The notes: generated by a model not told the origin, from the letters alone. DNA of 64,000 bases from Mobula hypostoma (GCF_963921235.1 NC_086098.1:237212001-237276000); one strand, 5' to 3'. Shown: positions 13,920 through 26,058, counted from the stretch's first letter. A program made the numbers and translations.

Positions 13920-13997
13920 GGCACACCCACACACCCACACACCCACACACACACATATACGCGCGCGCGTGAAGAAGCGGAAAGAGCGAGAGAGAGA

Positions 13998-14066
<69 letters not shown>
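13920..14066. repeat. (CA)n followed by (AG)n microsatellites
   Basis: Seen directly in the sequence. Confidence 0.95.
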
Positions 14067-14067
<1 letters not shown>

Positions 14068-14275
14068 ATTCGGTACCGAAACCAAGTCCTCTGGAGAGGA
14101 ACTTCAATACTTCTCAGTGACAAAGTTTCTTGGCGACCCCTATTAGTTGATTCCCTCGCCCGAACACCGTGCTCCGAGCCACCAGAGCCGGCCTCGGAAA
14201 TCACCCTCTACCTTCGGAATGCGATAGCTTTTATCTAAACTACAGTAAGCACTTCTCCCATATTAGGATGAATAC

Positions 14276-14740
14276 AACTGTTCGCCTTTTACCAGCCCCA
14301 AGGGCTGTCTACTTTCCGTAGGGTTACGGTCCAAACAGTATACAGTAATGTCTCGCCGATTCCTAGTTGTCGAGGTCTCCAACCTCTCTGATGTCTGGCA
14401 GATCACTAATAGTCCCCCCACCCTGCTGTCGCTAAATGCCCTGCAGTGGTCTGTGGAGTTTTGGCTGAAGTGGTTACAACTTTTCTGTGAGCGTTTAAAA
14501 GAAAAGGCCTGATTACCCCTAGACATCCTCACCTACCCCGTTCATTCCGCTTACACATATGGTACTTCGTTGGTTGAGCTCAACCATAAGTTTTGCCTTT
14601 TATCTGCTGAAGTTAAAACGGAAACCAGTACACAAGCAGGAGCGCTCCGGTGCGGAGTGCAAATTGTTTCCCACGCAGTAGACTCCCCCAATCCTCGCAG
14701 AAGAAGAATCCACAGGAACAACAGAAACCAAAACTGTTTT
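14276..14740 (-). pseudogene. Decayed leader + VJ exon
   Basis: Hydrophobic leader-like FWFLLFLWILLLRG (about 14694-14733), then an ~87 nt gap and acceptor ttttaacttcag| at 14606. ESARHYC (Cys at 14344-14342) is followed 13 codons later, in frame, by LGAGKRRTV (two substitutions from GAGTRLTV). The span 14276-14606 is 331 nt. Stops and frameshifts are present. Confidence 0.52.
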
Positions 14741-15149
14741 GTACCAACGATCTCGCAAAAGTTGTCAGTCAGCGTTGAAATCAGCGTAAGACTCCCTTAA
14801 GGTCTCTAGCTTCAGAAGGTTTGGCGGAGTTTACTCCGAACGCCTTCCCTGTTTGTGGGTATACCTGCAAGGCAGCGGAGGTTTGAAATCAGAGATATCC
14901 TTCTCTACTGTAAGCTGCCACCTGCAATTGACGAGCTCCATCTGATCGAAGCGACTGGCTTAAGGTGCCAGTACCCCGCTTCGTTTTTGCCCCTTCTCCT
15001 GTTAGTAGAAATGGTTCTACCAGCCTTTCTAGATAGGCCTGAGGGGGTCATGAGCTCGACTTGCTTGTTAGAGACTGTTTAAGACGCACGCTGTTGGGAG
15101 CATTTAATAAGTAATAGGAGCTCCATACAATTAATCACACCCTTGCTAC

Positions 15150-15990
15150 AATAGCCCTGAGGAAACGTTTACATGGGCGCTCAGAGTGACTGGATAGAAG
15201 TAGGGGCCGCACGGTATTACAGAGACAAGGAGGGCAGCAGAGGTCGGCGGTATCGCAGTCAGGGAGGGTGTCGTGTTCGTAAGAGATTGCGGAGCGGGAG
15301 TAGCGATAGGAAGGCGTCACAAAATCGTGGAGCGATGTTGGTTGCCGAGGAGTATAGGGAGCTAGCGGATGTAGGTTGCTTTGTTGACTCATTTATGAAG
15401 ATATGTGCGCGTGAATACTGTGACAACGCTGGAAGCTTTGAGACGCATGCAGGTATCATGGGGATTGGGGGTCCACTTGATCCCGCGCGAAGGGGGCCGA
15501 ATGAGCGCGTGGACAAGCGTGGTGTGCACAAGAGGATCCCACTCTCACTCATCTGCGTCTGCCTCACTCGCCCCCTCCACCCACCCTCCTCCGCAAGACA
15601 CAGTCACCAACTTTTCCACATCTGTGCCGCCGCCCGCACCCACTTCTAACTGGAGGCCACAATCAGCAACATATGCTTCTCTCGGGCCCGTCATCGAGTG
15701 GGGAGGGGGCGCGCTAATGCACAGGATCAAAGCAAGCTGCAGAGAGTTGTAAATTTAGCCCGCTCCATCATGGTCACTTGCCTCGGTAGCATCCAGGACA
15801 TCTTCCAGGAGCAATGCCTCAGAATGGTGGCGTCCATCATTAAAAACCTCCGTTAACCAGGACATGACTCTTCTCATTACTACCATCAGGAAGGAGGTAC
15901 AGAAGCCTGAAAGCACGCACTCAACGATTCAAGAACAGCTGCTTTCCCTCTGCCATCCGATTTCTGAATGGACATTGAACACATGAACAC
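15150..15990 (+). mobile_element. Degenerate Rex1/Babar-like LINE fragments
   Basis: AEEYREL...FVDS resembles the post-YADD helix of this clade. The 3' part encodes PSGRRYRSLKARTQRFKNSCFPSAIRFLN. Confidence 0.65.
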
Positions 15991-17129
15991 TAGCTCACTA
16001 CTTGTCTTATTTCCTATTTTTGCACTAATTCTGATTCTTTTAATCTGGAGTGATGAGGACACAGACTACAGAATCGATGAGAAAACTCATCATACCAAGG
16101 TGCTACAGGCAAAGAAGGGCAGGAAATTTGTCTTAAGTGTTCTGGTCAATACCGTCTGCATATGTCAGATCCTCGACCACAGCTCCCCCTAAATGCGTGT
16201 TCTACGTTTTCCTTTCCCCCGTCACCCACGGAGCAGAAGCGATAAGCCAATAGGATAATTCTGTTCTTTATGTTATTGTGGATGATCTGAATAGAAGAAT
16301 TATAACTCTTGGCTTATGCTCTATGGTAACTAGCATAAGTGTTTATGATAAATAAAACTGTGCTAATTAGTTGACAGCAATGGCTCTCTTAAGAGGAATG
16401 AATAAAGTGTATTCTCAAAGGTTTTTTCGTGTTGTACAGTTATTCAGTGCTGGTTCATCAGGTGAGGTCAGTAGGGAGGCGGCAAATTGGCCTTTTGCAG
16501 GGACCTTCAATTCGAAAAGTGTGGAGTGCTTGCTGCATCTCTATTGCCCTTGGTGATACTAACTGTGTGTACTGTTAGCAAGTCTGATGTTAATGTGAAA
16601 TGTTACCCTCAATGCAAACTGGATGAGAGGGGTGACCCATGATCAGAAGTTCAAATGGATGTGCCAAACTCTTCTGAAGTAAGTAAAATAACATAACTCT
16701 AGCCTATTCACGGGACATTTTACGGTAACCAATTAACCAACTAACTGTCACATCTTTGGACTGTATGAGGAAACACACACATTCCACGAGGAGGCCGTGC
16801 ACATTTCTTACAAATGATGTCCCCGAACAGTGGAAGTGTCGTGCTAACCACGACACACCGTGGTGCCCCATCCATCATCTTAAAGGAGAGTTGGGTACAA
16901 CACGTCCTTAATTGGTCAGATATAACTATTAGCATAATACAAGTTAATTTTTCTGTCTTTGAAATTTGAGGCATTACTGGGCGTTCGAAAACTTAAAAAA
17001 AAAATAACTACGAGGTCTCCACAATACGATTGTTTCCCCAAATGTTCCTTATTTTGAACATTTCCTTCGCATTAGATGACTTAGATGACAAAATTGATGA
17101 GTTTTTGAAATGTTTATGGAAGTTACGAA

Positions 17130-17950
17130 AATAAATGGAGGGACACGTAGTTTTGAGAAAGTAGAGAGTGTACAGAAGGACTTACAATATTCATCGATAG
17201 GCAAAGAGGTAGCAGATGGACGAGCGTGTCGGGAAGTGTATGGTCATTCACCTTGGTCTAAAAAATAGGAGTGTAGGCTATTTTTTCAATGGAGAGAAAA
17301 CTGAAGAGCAAACTGACTTCAAGCCCTTAAGGGTGTAGGATTCCCTAATGGTTAAATTTCAGGTGGAATTGGTGGTGAAGTAGGAAAATGCGCTGTTAGA
17401 ATTTATTTCAGGGGGACAAGAATATGAAAGCTTGTACGTAAGGTTGAACAAAACACTGGTGAGGCCTCAATCGTGGTCTTGTGATCAGTTTTGGGCCCCT
17501 TTTCTTAGAAAGCATGTGCTGCTACCGGAGAGGGTTTAAAAGAAGCTACGAAAATTACTCCAGGATTGAACAGCTTCTCATACGAAGAGCATGTAATGGC
17601 TCCGGGCCTGCATTCAATGGAATTCAGAAGACTGAAGGGTGAGCTAACTGAAACCTTTCTAATGCTTAAAAGCCTCCACAGATTGCATGCGGAGAGGATG
17701 TTACCGATGGTGGGCGTGTCCAGGACTAGAGGGCACAGGTTTAGAATGGAGCAGCGTCATTTTAGAATAGAGAGATGGAGACATTTCGTCAGCCATAGGG
17801 TGATAGGGTGGAGAGGCCAAGTCTTTACATATATTTAAAGCAATTGGTAGATTTTTGTCAGGTCGGGGCATGGAGGGATACAAGACAGCAGGAGATTGGT
17901 GCTGAGAGGGAAAATAGACCAGTGATTATGACAGGGCGCAGCAAAGTTGA
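17130..17950 (+). mobile_element. Degenerate CR1 LINE 3' part
   Basis: ORF 17566-17838 (SYEEH...EFRRLKGELTETFLMLK...SRTRGHRF) plus upstream frameshifted CR1 text. Confidence 0.75.
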
Positions 17951-18234
17951 CGAACCACATGGCTTATATCTGCTCCTATACCTTATCGTCTTGCAACATC
18001 ACTTCTCAGTCTCCCACGCGTTATAGAACGGCCTGCCCATCGTAACCCTGTAACTCATTCTTACGTGTCCTGGCAGCATCCTTGTAAATGTCCTCAACAG
18101 CCTTCTGAGTTCAATAGCATATCTTATATAGGAAGGCAGCTAAAACTGAACACAATGCTGCAGATGTGGCTTTGCTGGCGTCGTGTTCAACCGCAAAATT
18201 GCCTCTCAAACTTTCGACTCAGTACACTGGCTTA

Positions 18235-18778
18235 CACATAGTGGTCACTCTATTTGATATTTCTGTATACTTTATCGTTGGTGTAAGTATCTAACCGGTC
18301 AAACATGTAATAGCAACTCAATGCATAAAAGTAGGTAGACGGGGTGAACAGGTTCAGTGCTGTTCAGACCACTATCACAATGGGGAAGAAATGTGATCTT
18401 AGTGACTTTGACTTTGAAATGGTCACTTTTACTATCTCAGAAACTGCTGATCCTTTGGGATTTTCATGCACAACAGTCTCTAGCGTTTACAGAGAATGGG
18501 ACGAAAAATTAATAAAAACATCGAGTGAGCAGTAATTCCGTGGCGGAAACGCCTCACCAATGGGAGAAATCAGAAGAGAATGGCCAGAATGTTTCAAACT
18601 GACAGGAGGGCGACAATAACTCCAATACACATGCGATACAACTATGACGTGCAGTAGAACGTCTTCTAACGCACAAGAAGTCAAACATTGAAGTGGTTGG
18701 ACCACAACAACAGAAGACCACGAACATACACTTAGTGACAACTTTAATAGGCAGGTATAATAAAGTGACCGCTGCGTG
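18235..18778 (+). mobile_element. Tc1/mariner-like internally deleted DNA transposon
   Basis: Imperfect inverted termini (cacatagtggtcactctatt / aataaagtgaccgctgcgtg) flanked by TA. Internal ORF MGKKCDLSDFD...ISETADPLGFSCTTVSSVYREW resembles the Tc1 transposase N-terminal HTH. Confidence 0.8.
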
Positions 18779-20759
18779 TATGAAAGCCAGCGTGCCAAGA
18801 GTAACGTCAAATGAATTGTATACGTGGTGAGATGCAGTCTAGAGAGTTAATCCGCAATGTAATTATCAAGTTGTCCGGAGCAAAAGAACGAATTGCTAAT
18901 AATGTGTCCACCCGAAGGCTTCCCCCATTTAGCTGACGTACACCAGTACCTCAACAATTCACAAGAAGAAGACGTTTCACTAAAGATCAGGAAAGTTATA
19001 TGCATTTGTATGAGGCCCTCTTGTCCTGATATGCACAATATTACAGACTTGGAAAAAGTTACGACAGTAAGAGTTTTACTCTGGCGGTTCAAGAACTCAG
19101 AGAGTATACAGAATATCAATAAAAGAATCGCATAGAGGAACCCATAATCAACACAAAAATGGTGCTGGAGGAATTCAGCCGAAGAGGCAGTATGTATGGA
19201 GTGGAATGAGCAGTCAATGCTTCGGACGGAGACCCTTCATCAGGACATCTCCGTAGACGCTTCCTGACTTGATGATTTCCTCCAACATCCTGTGTGTTGG
19301 TCCGGAGTTCCAGCATCTGCTGAATCTCACGTGTTTTTATAAGGATGACACTGCTGGCAGACGAGAAATCGAGAGTAGTGGGAGCGGTCATTAGGCTAAT
19401 CCCTAATAAATCCAACGTGGAAGTCGGGAATAAGTCAAGACTCCGACCCTGGGAAGAATGCGGAACTCCTTCCAGATAGTGAACAGTGGAAGCGGATTTA
19501 ATACTAAAATAGGTGGCTACACGAGTGGGAAAGAAACAGAAGTAGATGACGATGGGTGAGAGGGAGAGAGATGAAAGCGAGTTACTGCGGAGCTGAAGCA
19601 CCAGAAGAATTTTTACATGGACGATGCCACGCCCGGTTGCGAATGGAGGAGTTTTGGGTATGGGGCTAGCAACTCCATCCCGTAAAACCTCACAGCTGCA
19701 GAAATGCCAACACAAGTTCGGAAGACCACATTCTTGGGAGAGCAAGGATCTTCGAAGATGGGCTACACCTCGGGACAATTTGAAAGATTGGGCCAGAGCC
19801 AGTCAGCCGTCAGCGACCTGTGACGCAGGAGGGTTAGTGGGTTTAAGAAAAAATAAGAAGAATCGCCAGGGGGAGAAAGGGGACCGAATTAATCTTCCGC
19901 GCTGTACAAGCTTTACAGGAGCCCTTATTAGAGGCATCTAACTTTCAGCGTACCACAGAAAATACTCAAAGAGCTCAGAACATAAGCAGATTCTTTGGAT
20001 TGGAATAAATATTTAACATTTCGGGCCAAGGCCCTTCATCTGGGCTAAAGACTTTAAGATGAGGGACGACGAATGAAAAAAGATTCAGTGTTCAGTTCAC
20101 AGTACAACTGCTGGTTATGGACCTACAGGGCCATGTGGTGCCAAAGCCAATTCGATTCGAGAGAAGGATTTTATCTTCAGTAAAAGGGAAACGAATCAGC
20201 CCCTGATACAAACAGAGCAAGGTGTGCTGTCATCAAAGGTTGCCAGTAAACTGCTACCGTGAAATTCGCAGACCGATTAACCCATGATACATCTATTTCA
20301 CTGTCGACGCTTCAAATACTGTACTGGGGGAAAAAGTTGCAACATTTAATGCCTGCGATGCAAAATATGACCGAACAAAAAGGCACTGTGCAGGTTTCCT
20401 GTTTTCATTGTTTGGACGCTGCTGCTGAAAGGTCAGCTCTTTAGACTTGATGTTAAATGGCACATTAGAAGGCACTGCAACCCACAACGAGCATGCTGTG
20501 GAAATTAACCTCAAATACCTTGCCCTATGTTGCGTCCTGTTTACTTAGGCATCGTAATGTAGGCAACACTAGAACCTAAATAAATAAACAGATAGACAGT
20601 CAGATAAATAAATAAATACATACATACATACACACAGAAATAGCTAGATAGATAGAAAAATAGATAATGAGCACTGGAGGAACAGAATCTCGGAGTTGTG
20701 ACCATCTCCAACAGGATTTGCGTTGATAATTTCATACAACTCTAACGAATTCCGCATAA

Positions 20760-21365
20760 CCCATAAACCACAAGACACAGGAGCACAATTAGGCGATGCA
20801 GCTCTTTGAGTTTGCTCTGCCGATCCATCATGTCTGATTTATTTCCCTCTCAACCCCATTTTCCTGCCTTTTCCCAAAAACCTTTGATGCCCTTACTGAT
20901 CAAGAATCTATCGACTTTCGCTTTATGTATGCCCAATGCCTTGAGCTGCACAGCCGTCTGTCGCAATGAATTCCACTGATTCACCAACCTTGGCTAAATA
21001 AATACCTCTTTGTCTCTATTCTAAGGTGGGAACTCCCTCTGTTCTGAGGCTGTGTCCTCTGGACCTAGACCCTCCCAAAGCTGGAAACATCATCTCCACC
21101 TCCTCTCTATCTCGGCCTTTCAATATTTAATATACTTTAATGATTTAACCGACCACCACCCCCCTCCCACATACACACACATCATTCTTCCAAATTCTTG
21201 CGAGTACACGCCCAGAGCCATCAAATGCCCGTCGTGCGTTAACCTTTTCATTCTCAAGATCATTGTGGCGCATCTTCTCCGGACCGTTTCCAATGACAGC
21301 TAATTCTTTCTTAGATATGGGGCCCAAAGCTGAGCGCAATAGGCCAAGTGCTTTCTGACCAATGT
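20760..21365 (-). mobile_element. CR1 3' fragments
   Basis: Reverse complement of the CR1 3' end, and YKTLVRKHLAYCAQLWAPYLRK-like text near 21300-21365. Confidence 0.65.
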
Positions 21366-21821
21366 CTTATAAAGACTCAGCATTGCAGCAACACTATAAA
21401 AAACCACCATTTATTACAAACGGCAATCGCTTTATAGATACAGTGACTGCAAGAGCAGATCAGATGCTGGGAAGCCCGGAGCGGGTAACACATTCTGACA
21501 ACACATCCATTTTTACCTTGGCAAAGGTCATGATTTCGATGCAATATTCTTCGCTGGCCACTATAGGTGCAGTTCCGACAAGGCGAACTTGGTATTAATG
21601 ATTGAAATACTTCAAATGTAGCAGGGATGGAAATGCAGGTTCCTCCTCAAGTCGTGAATTACCCTGGCTGTATATCTGTCTCCATTCAACGACTCTGGTT
21701 CTAAACCCTTTCTTTGCGTAGAGCACGGAATACCTTTACAAGAGAGGGCTGCAGAAAATAGTGTTTATGATTTCCACCAGCGTCTGCGGGGATTGAGGCA
21801 AGAGGATTAATGCTGCTCTTG
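21365..21821 (-). pseudogene. Decayed VJ exon (plus truncated C1 start) head-to-head with the intact gene
   Basis: Acceptor atcgctag| at 21821. A single frame with two stops reads LILLPQSPQTLVEIINTIFC...(70 codons between Cys 21753 and Cys 21543)...EYCIEIMTFAKVKMDVLS, about 327 nt versus 330 nt for the intact V exon. A second acceptor ctcttgcag| at 21446 starts a possible C1 that is cut off by a CR1 fragment near 21365. Confidence 0.5.
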
Positions 21822-21839
21822 CTAGCGATATACCTCTTT

Positions 21840-22095
21840 GCATCCCGGAAGCCATGCAGAAACCATACTCTGATTTGAAGTCTCTCCGATCATTGCTCCA
21901 TAGCTGTTTGACCATGTGGCGCATTGACTCGGTAACTAGGTGTAACCCGCGCAAGCCGCGAGATGAATGCAGCGGCCCCGCCCCGGATCCTCGGTACCGA
22001 GCAGCATCCACGGCAGCTGAGAATTTGCACAGAGCAGCAGCCGATCTCACTTCGACTCCTGGGAGTTGAGCGCAGCGCTAGCCGTCCGAGTCCAG
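21840..22095 (+). promoter_or_regulatory. Putative GC-rich promoter of the VJ-C1 receptor gene
   Basis: CpG-containing stretch directly upstream of the ATG, with GC box CCCCGCCCC (21976-21984) and ETS-like CCGGAAG (about 21845). No clear TATA box. Confidence 0.45.
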
Positions 22096-22150
22096 ATGTT
22101 GGTGGAAGCTTTATCTCTATTCGTTACCGTTCAGATGTTTCATGTTTGCG
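22096..22150 (+). CDS. VJ-C1-TM-ITIM receptor, exon 1: signal peptide MLVEALSLFVTVQMFHVC
   Basis: ATG at 22096, then 18 mostly hydrophobic codons plus 1 nt and a consensus donor G|gtgagt at 22151. This is the phase-1 leader exon typical of Ig-superfamily genes and it splices in frame to the V exon. Confidence 0.8.
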
Positions 22151-22167
22151 GTGAGTGAGTTGACGTT

Positions 22168-22177
22168 GGGAATTTCC
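22168..22177 (+). promoter_or_regulatory. NF-kB consensus site in intron 1
   Basis: GGGAATTTCC matches GGGRNNYYCC exactly, 17 nt into the intron after the leader exon. Function is untested. Confidence 0.4.
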
Positions 22178-22783
22178 ATGCGCGATCGGTCCGAGATTTA
22201 GGGAGATATGCGTCCTGGCAAGTTTTCCATCCCAGTGGAAATATTGTTCGGTTAGAAAACCAAGACAATGTTACCCAAAAGACTCTCGCAAGTGGGGAAT
22301 TAGAATTCAGCGAATCAAATAAATCTGGATTACAAAGCTAGAACCTCATTAATGCTGATTCTAAAACTACCTAAATGAACTCTAAATAATTTTCTAGATG
22401 CTCCTCTTTCATCTTCTTTTAATGAATGATATCTGGCGCACTGATCTGCTCTATCCGTACATAACTCCAGATCCAGGGTAGATTGCTTGGTGAGCCCTGT
22501 CTGAAATGTTAATCAAACCACTCAATTAAAGGTCAACTGAGGATAGAGAGATAAACTAATTTTGCCGCTATGCATCCAGTCGATGAATAAAGTCTAAGTC
22601 TTGCGAATTTGGCTAGGTCAACGTGAATTTGCCTTTTGGTCTTCCTTTAATGTTGTTGATACATCTAAGCCAATAAATACAACTGAAAATGGCAGGCTAT
22701 GTTTACACTGCAGGCAATATGTTTAATTTATACTTCCTTCTATTCCGTAGCAGATAATTTTAACTAACTGGTTATAATTCCAG

Positions 22784-23113
22784 TTGCAGAACCCACGCCT
22801 TTTCCTTCGAGTCCGGCTGCAGTGTCTGCACATGTCGGTCAGACGGTTGAACTATCCTGTGAACACACGCACCGGTTGGAGGTCGTGAGTAGCATTCTCT
22901 GGTACAAACAGCGTGCGGCCGAACCCCCGGTAGCGATCAAAGCCACGGACTGCCGAAACACCGGTTGCAGGATGACTTACAAAATAGGCTCCGGCGATCG
23001 CACATCAGTGCTGGAAATCCGGGACGTCCGTGTGGAGGATTCGGGTTTCTACTACTGTGCTGGAAGGGATAGCTATTCGCTGCTTGCGAAAGGACCCACA
23101 CTCCTGGTTGGAG
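22784..23113 (+). CDS. VJ-C1-TM-ITIM receptor, exon 2: V-set Ig domain with germline-joined J-like G strand
   Basis: Acceptor ataattccag| and donor G|gtaag, 330 nt, open. Translation (V)AEPTPFPSSPAAVSAHVGQTVELSC...ILWYKQR...SVLEIRDVRVEDSGFYYCAGRDSYSLLAKGPTLLVG contains the B-strand Cys, WYxQ, the D-x-G-x-Y-Y-C motif and an FGxGTxLxV-like LAKGPTLLV in one exon. Confidence 0.93.
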
Positions 23114-23196
23114 GTAAGAGCACTTGACAGTGGGATTATACTCAGCCATGCACTTCGGGTGAAGCTGCGATTAACGATGTCCCAATCTCTGTCCAG

Positions 23197-23517
23197 ACAG
23201 CTCCACCAACCGGACCTACATGCAGGTATTTGTCCCGCCGTCTGAGAGGAACGGGTCGGTTCCCCTGGTGTGTCTGGTCGGCGGCCTTTCTTCCATCCCG
23301 ATTGTCATTCACTGGAACATATCCGGCCAGATCATGGAAGGATGGAGCGATCCCGGCACGCTTGATCTTGACCAGAGCTACAGTGTTAGGAGTCAGGTGC
23401 TGGTCCCAGTGGAAACCTGGAGGAGCGGAGGAGTCTGTACCTGCATCGCACAACTCGAGGGTGCGGGAAAGACGAGGACCAAAAGCGTGTCCCATCACAC
23501 AATTGAACCAGATCAAG
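23197..23517 (+). CDS. VJ-C1-TM-ITIM receptor, exon 3: C1-set Ig constant-like domain
   Basis: Acceptor tctctgtccag| and donor G|gtgagg, phase 1/1, 321 nt, open. QVFVPPS...LVCLVGGL...IVIHW...DQSYSVRSQVLVPVETWRSGGVCTC matches the C1-set pattern of Ig/TCR constant domains. N-glycosylation sequons NRT, NGS, NIS. Confidence 0.9.
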
Positions 23518-24373
23518 GTGAGGCGACGTTTAGCACATATAATATCAATACTCATCTGTGGCGGAATGGCGGAGCATACCTGATGGGCCGAACGCCTAAT
23601 TCTGCTCTTATGACGTTATGGTCTTATATCTTCTGGAATACCTCGCTAGTTCACTAACCTCACAACAAATATTAATTTGTATTTATTCATTTTTAACGAT
23701 TTGCTTATCTCCAGCAAGCCCACCATTGTCTTCCCAATCCAAATAGTCTTTGAGCAGCTGGAGGTGAACCTCCTTCTTAACTGTCTTTTGCCTGTGATGT
23801 TCTCATCGTGCTGTTAGGATGCGTTTTCGAGAAACTAGACACAGCCACAATGAAAGAAAGGCGTTGTGTTTCCATGTTGGGATGCTGAGCCGCAAAAAGA
23901 GTGGAAGGGGCAAGGTGGAAAAGCGGGGAACGGCCTGAGGGGCCGCATGGCCTTATGGGCTCTTGCATTCTTAGAGTCGTTCTTCAGTTGGCGTTGCTAT
24001 GGGTTTCTGATCGTACAATATTGCTTAAGAACTAATAGTTAAATTTATTGACCATATATATTTACATGCATTGGGATTTTGCTGTTGTGTGCTGTTTAGG
24101 GCGCGCCATTTAAAAGAAGTCAAAACATTCACAATTGTAAGAATAAAGAATTCCATATAAATAATTACATGAACATCCACTGATAGTATTCTTCGGTTTT
24201 AAAACATCATTAGTGTGGATGGTAACTGTCTGTACAATTTGAATCCAACACGACGTTTAATTTTATTTGTCTTTCTGCTTAGTGTTATTTTATTAAATCA
24301 TTCACCGAATCAAAGCCCGCGCAAAAGGTTTTGCAAACAAAGATTTTACCAAGCAACAATTGTTTTTCTCTAG

Positions 24374-24463
24374 GTTGGTGTCTTCCCACATCGATCCTGC
24401 TTGGCATCCTTGTCTTCCCGGTTATCCTCATTGCTATTTGGACTTTGAAAGGGCGGAGATCAG
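24374..24463 (+). CDS. VJ-C1-TM-ITIM receptor, exon 4: transmembrane helix (G)WCLPTSILLGILVFPVILIAIWTLKGRRS
   Basis: Acceptor tttttctctag| and donor CAG|gtgaga, 90 nt, phase 1/1, in frame. About 20 hydrophobic residues with no charged residue, followed by the basic stop-transfer KGRR. Confidence 0.88.
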
Positions 24464-26058
24464 GTGAGAGTTCTCTTTTCCCAGACATATCCTTATAACT
24501 ATTAACACTTACCGCGATCCTTACTTCGAGATTCGTGTGATCATTGCTGCCAATGGCTTTCGAAGTGTCGACACAAGAAGGAGTACTGGCTGGGAGTGGG
24601 ACGAATTGAGCTGATCCAAAGGGTAGGGATTTGAGGGAGAAAATGTCTTTCCCGCCAGTTGTGTCTCGGTATATATTGTTTATAGTATTATTCTTGCTGT
24701 ATTTTTATTTATTTTCTCAGCTCAGACTGGTAAAACCTGAGGTACAGATATAGCCAAGCACAATCATTTCTTAATTGCTAGATTATTCCATGCTATTCTA
24801 GAGGTGTTTAGTATTGCTGCTTCCTGTAGATTTGGTGTACGTATTGCTGTGTTGTTTAATCCCATTGTGTAGTGACTTCGGGATGATAGCTGTTGTACGC
24901 TGTTGTGTATTGATTGTGGTTGCCGATATTCCTATTGGGGCAATGTATATCCTGTTTATGTTCCATTGCCTTTCAATTCCCTCTTTTAACCACTTATTGA
25001 TTTATCTTCAGTACCTGTGATTGGAATTGCATAGTTTTTCTATGTATTGATCCTGCTATATTTTATCCAGACGGTTATTATGGATTGACCTTTCCATTTC
25101 AATGGATAGGTCATAACATAATTTGGTGGTCACTGACTCTAAAACTGAATCGGCCTTGCATTTATAGTAAGGCATAGTGTCTTTTATGAGTTTGTATTTT
25201 AAATCAAGACTTTGGTGAATGACGCTTGCCACTTATTTGTACCTGTGTAAGTAATCAAATTGAGTTAAGCTGCCGCAGGTCCCTGTAATTAGTTGGTTTG
25301 TTTCTGGTTTCTCCTAGCATTTACTGCACTTATTTTTGTAACTTTGTTGATTTTTTATTATGTGCTTTTGATCATTTTGCTGTAAATCAACAACCCAGGT
25401 ATGTCAAACATTAACTTGTAGATCATACCCATCTATGCAACATCCTGTTAAATATTTTCTGTGTGATTTCCGCATCCTTTCTATAATGGGGCAACCAGAA
25501 ATGAATTCAATACTCCACATGCGTCCTGAGAAAATGTTTATATCGATGTAATATCATTTTTATACTCTTATACTCAATACCCTTACCAATAAAGGCAAAC
25601 ATGACATCTGCGGATTTTTGTCTTTAGTTATAACTAACATAAAATAATGAATTGTGGCCCTTCCTTGTTGCACTCGCCACGTAACCTTTCAAGGCCTGCT
25701 CATGGATTTATGAAAATATCATGCGCCATCTAAGCCCACTGCAGGTTTTAAGATCTTGACGATCCTGAAATTATTGTGTTTTCATTGGTGTATAGGATTC
25801 CATGACGCCGTGGTTTATGCATTTGAGAACTATTCTTATGTTGGAGTCATTGTCATATTGGAGAATGCATAAGAAGATTATGACGCACCCGAGAGCCCGG
25901 GTTAAATGTGAAATATTCAGAATCTCTTAGCAAAGATTGACCTCTGGTATACTGGGGATTACTGTCATATTTGGGATTGAAGATATACAAGACATTTCTG
26001 CAACTAATTATGAACTAGACAGAGGAAATAATAGTTCCAATGTATGCTCTTTCGTCAG

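Noticed and set aside
13699-14238. Long ORFs with RE/SL dipeptide runs
   Set aside because: Artefacts of the (AG)n and (CA)n microsatellites.
19116-19778. 220-aa minus-strand ORF
   Set aside because: It spans a Penelope-type terminal fragment and other repeat pieces, and has no recognisable domain.
22690-22765. Alternative leader ATGs directly upstream of the V exon (MAGYVYT..., MFTLQAICL...)
   Set aside because: They run into stops without a good donor. The 22096-22150 exon has a far better hydrophobic core and a consensus gtgagt donor.
23126-23160. RSS-like heptamer GACAGTG just after the V exon
   Set aside because: It is mismatched at the critical first base, has no nonamer at 12 or 23 bp, and lies in the intron after the J-like strand. 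No evidence of RAG rearrangement.
23518-23657. Read-through extension of the C1 ORF (EATFSTYN...SLVH*) as a secreted form
   Set aside because: It lies after a good donor and includes CR1 3'-UTR-like text (atggcggagcatacctgatgggccgaac). Intron retention cannot be excluded but is unsupported.
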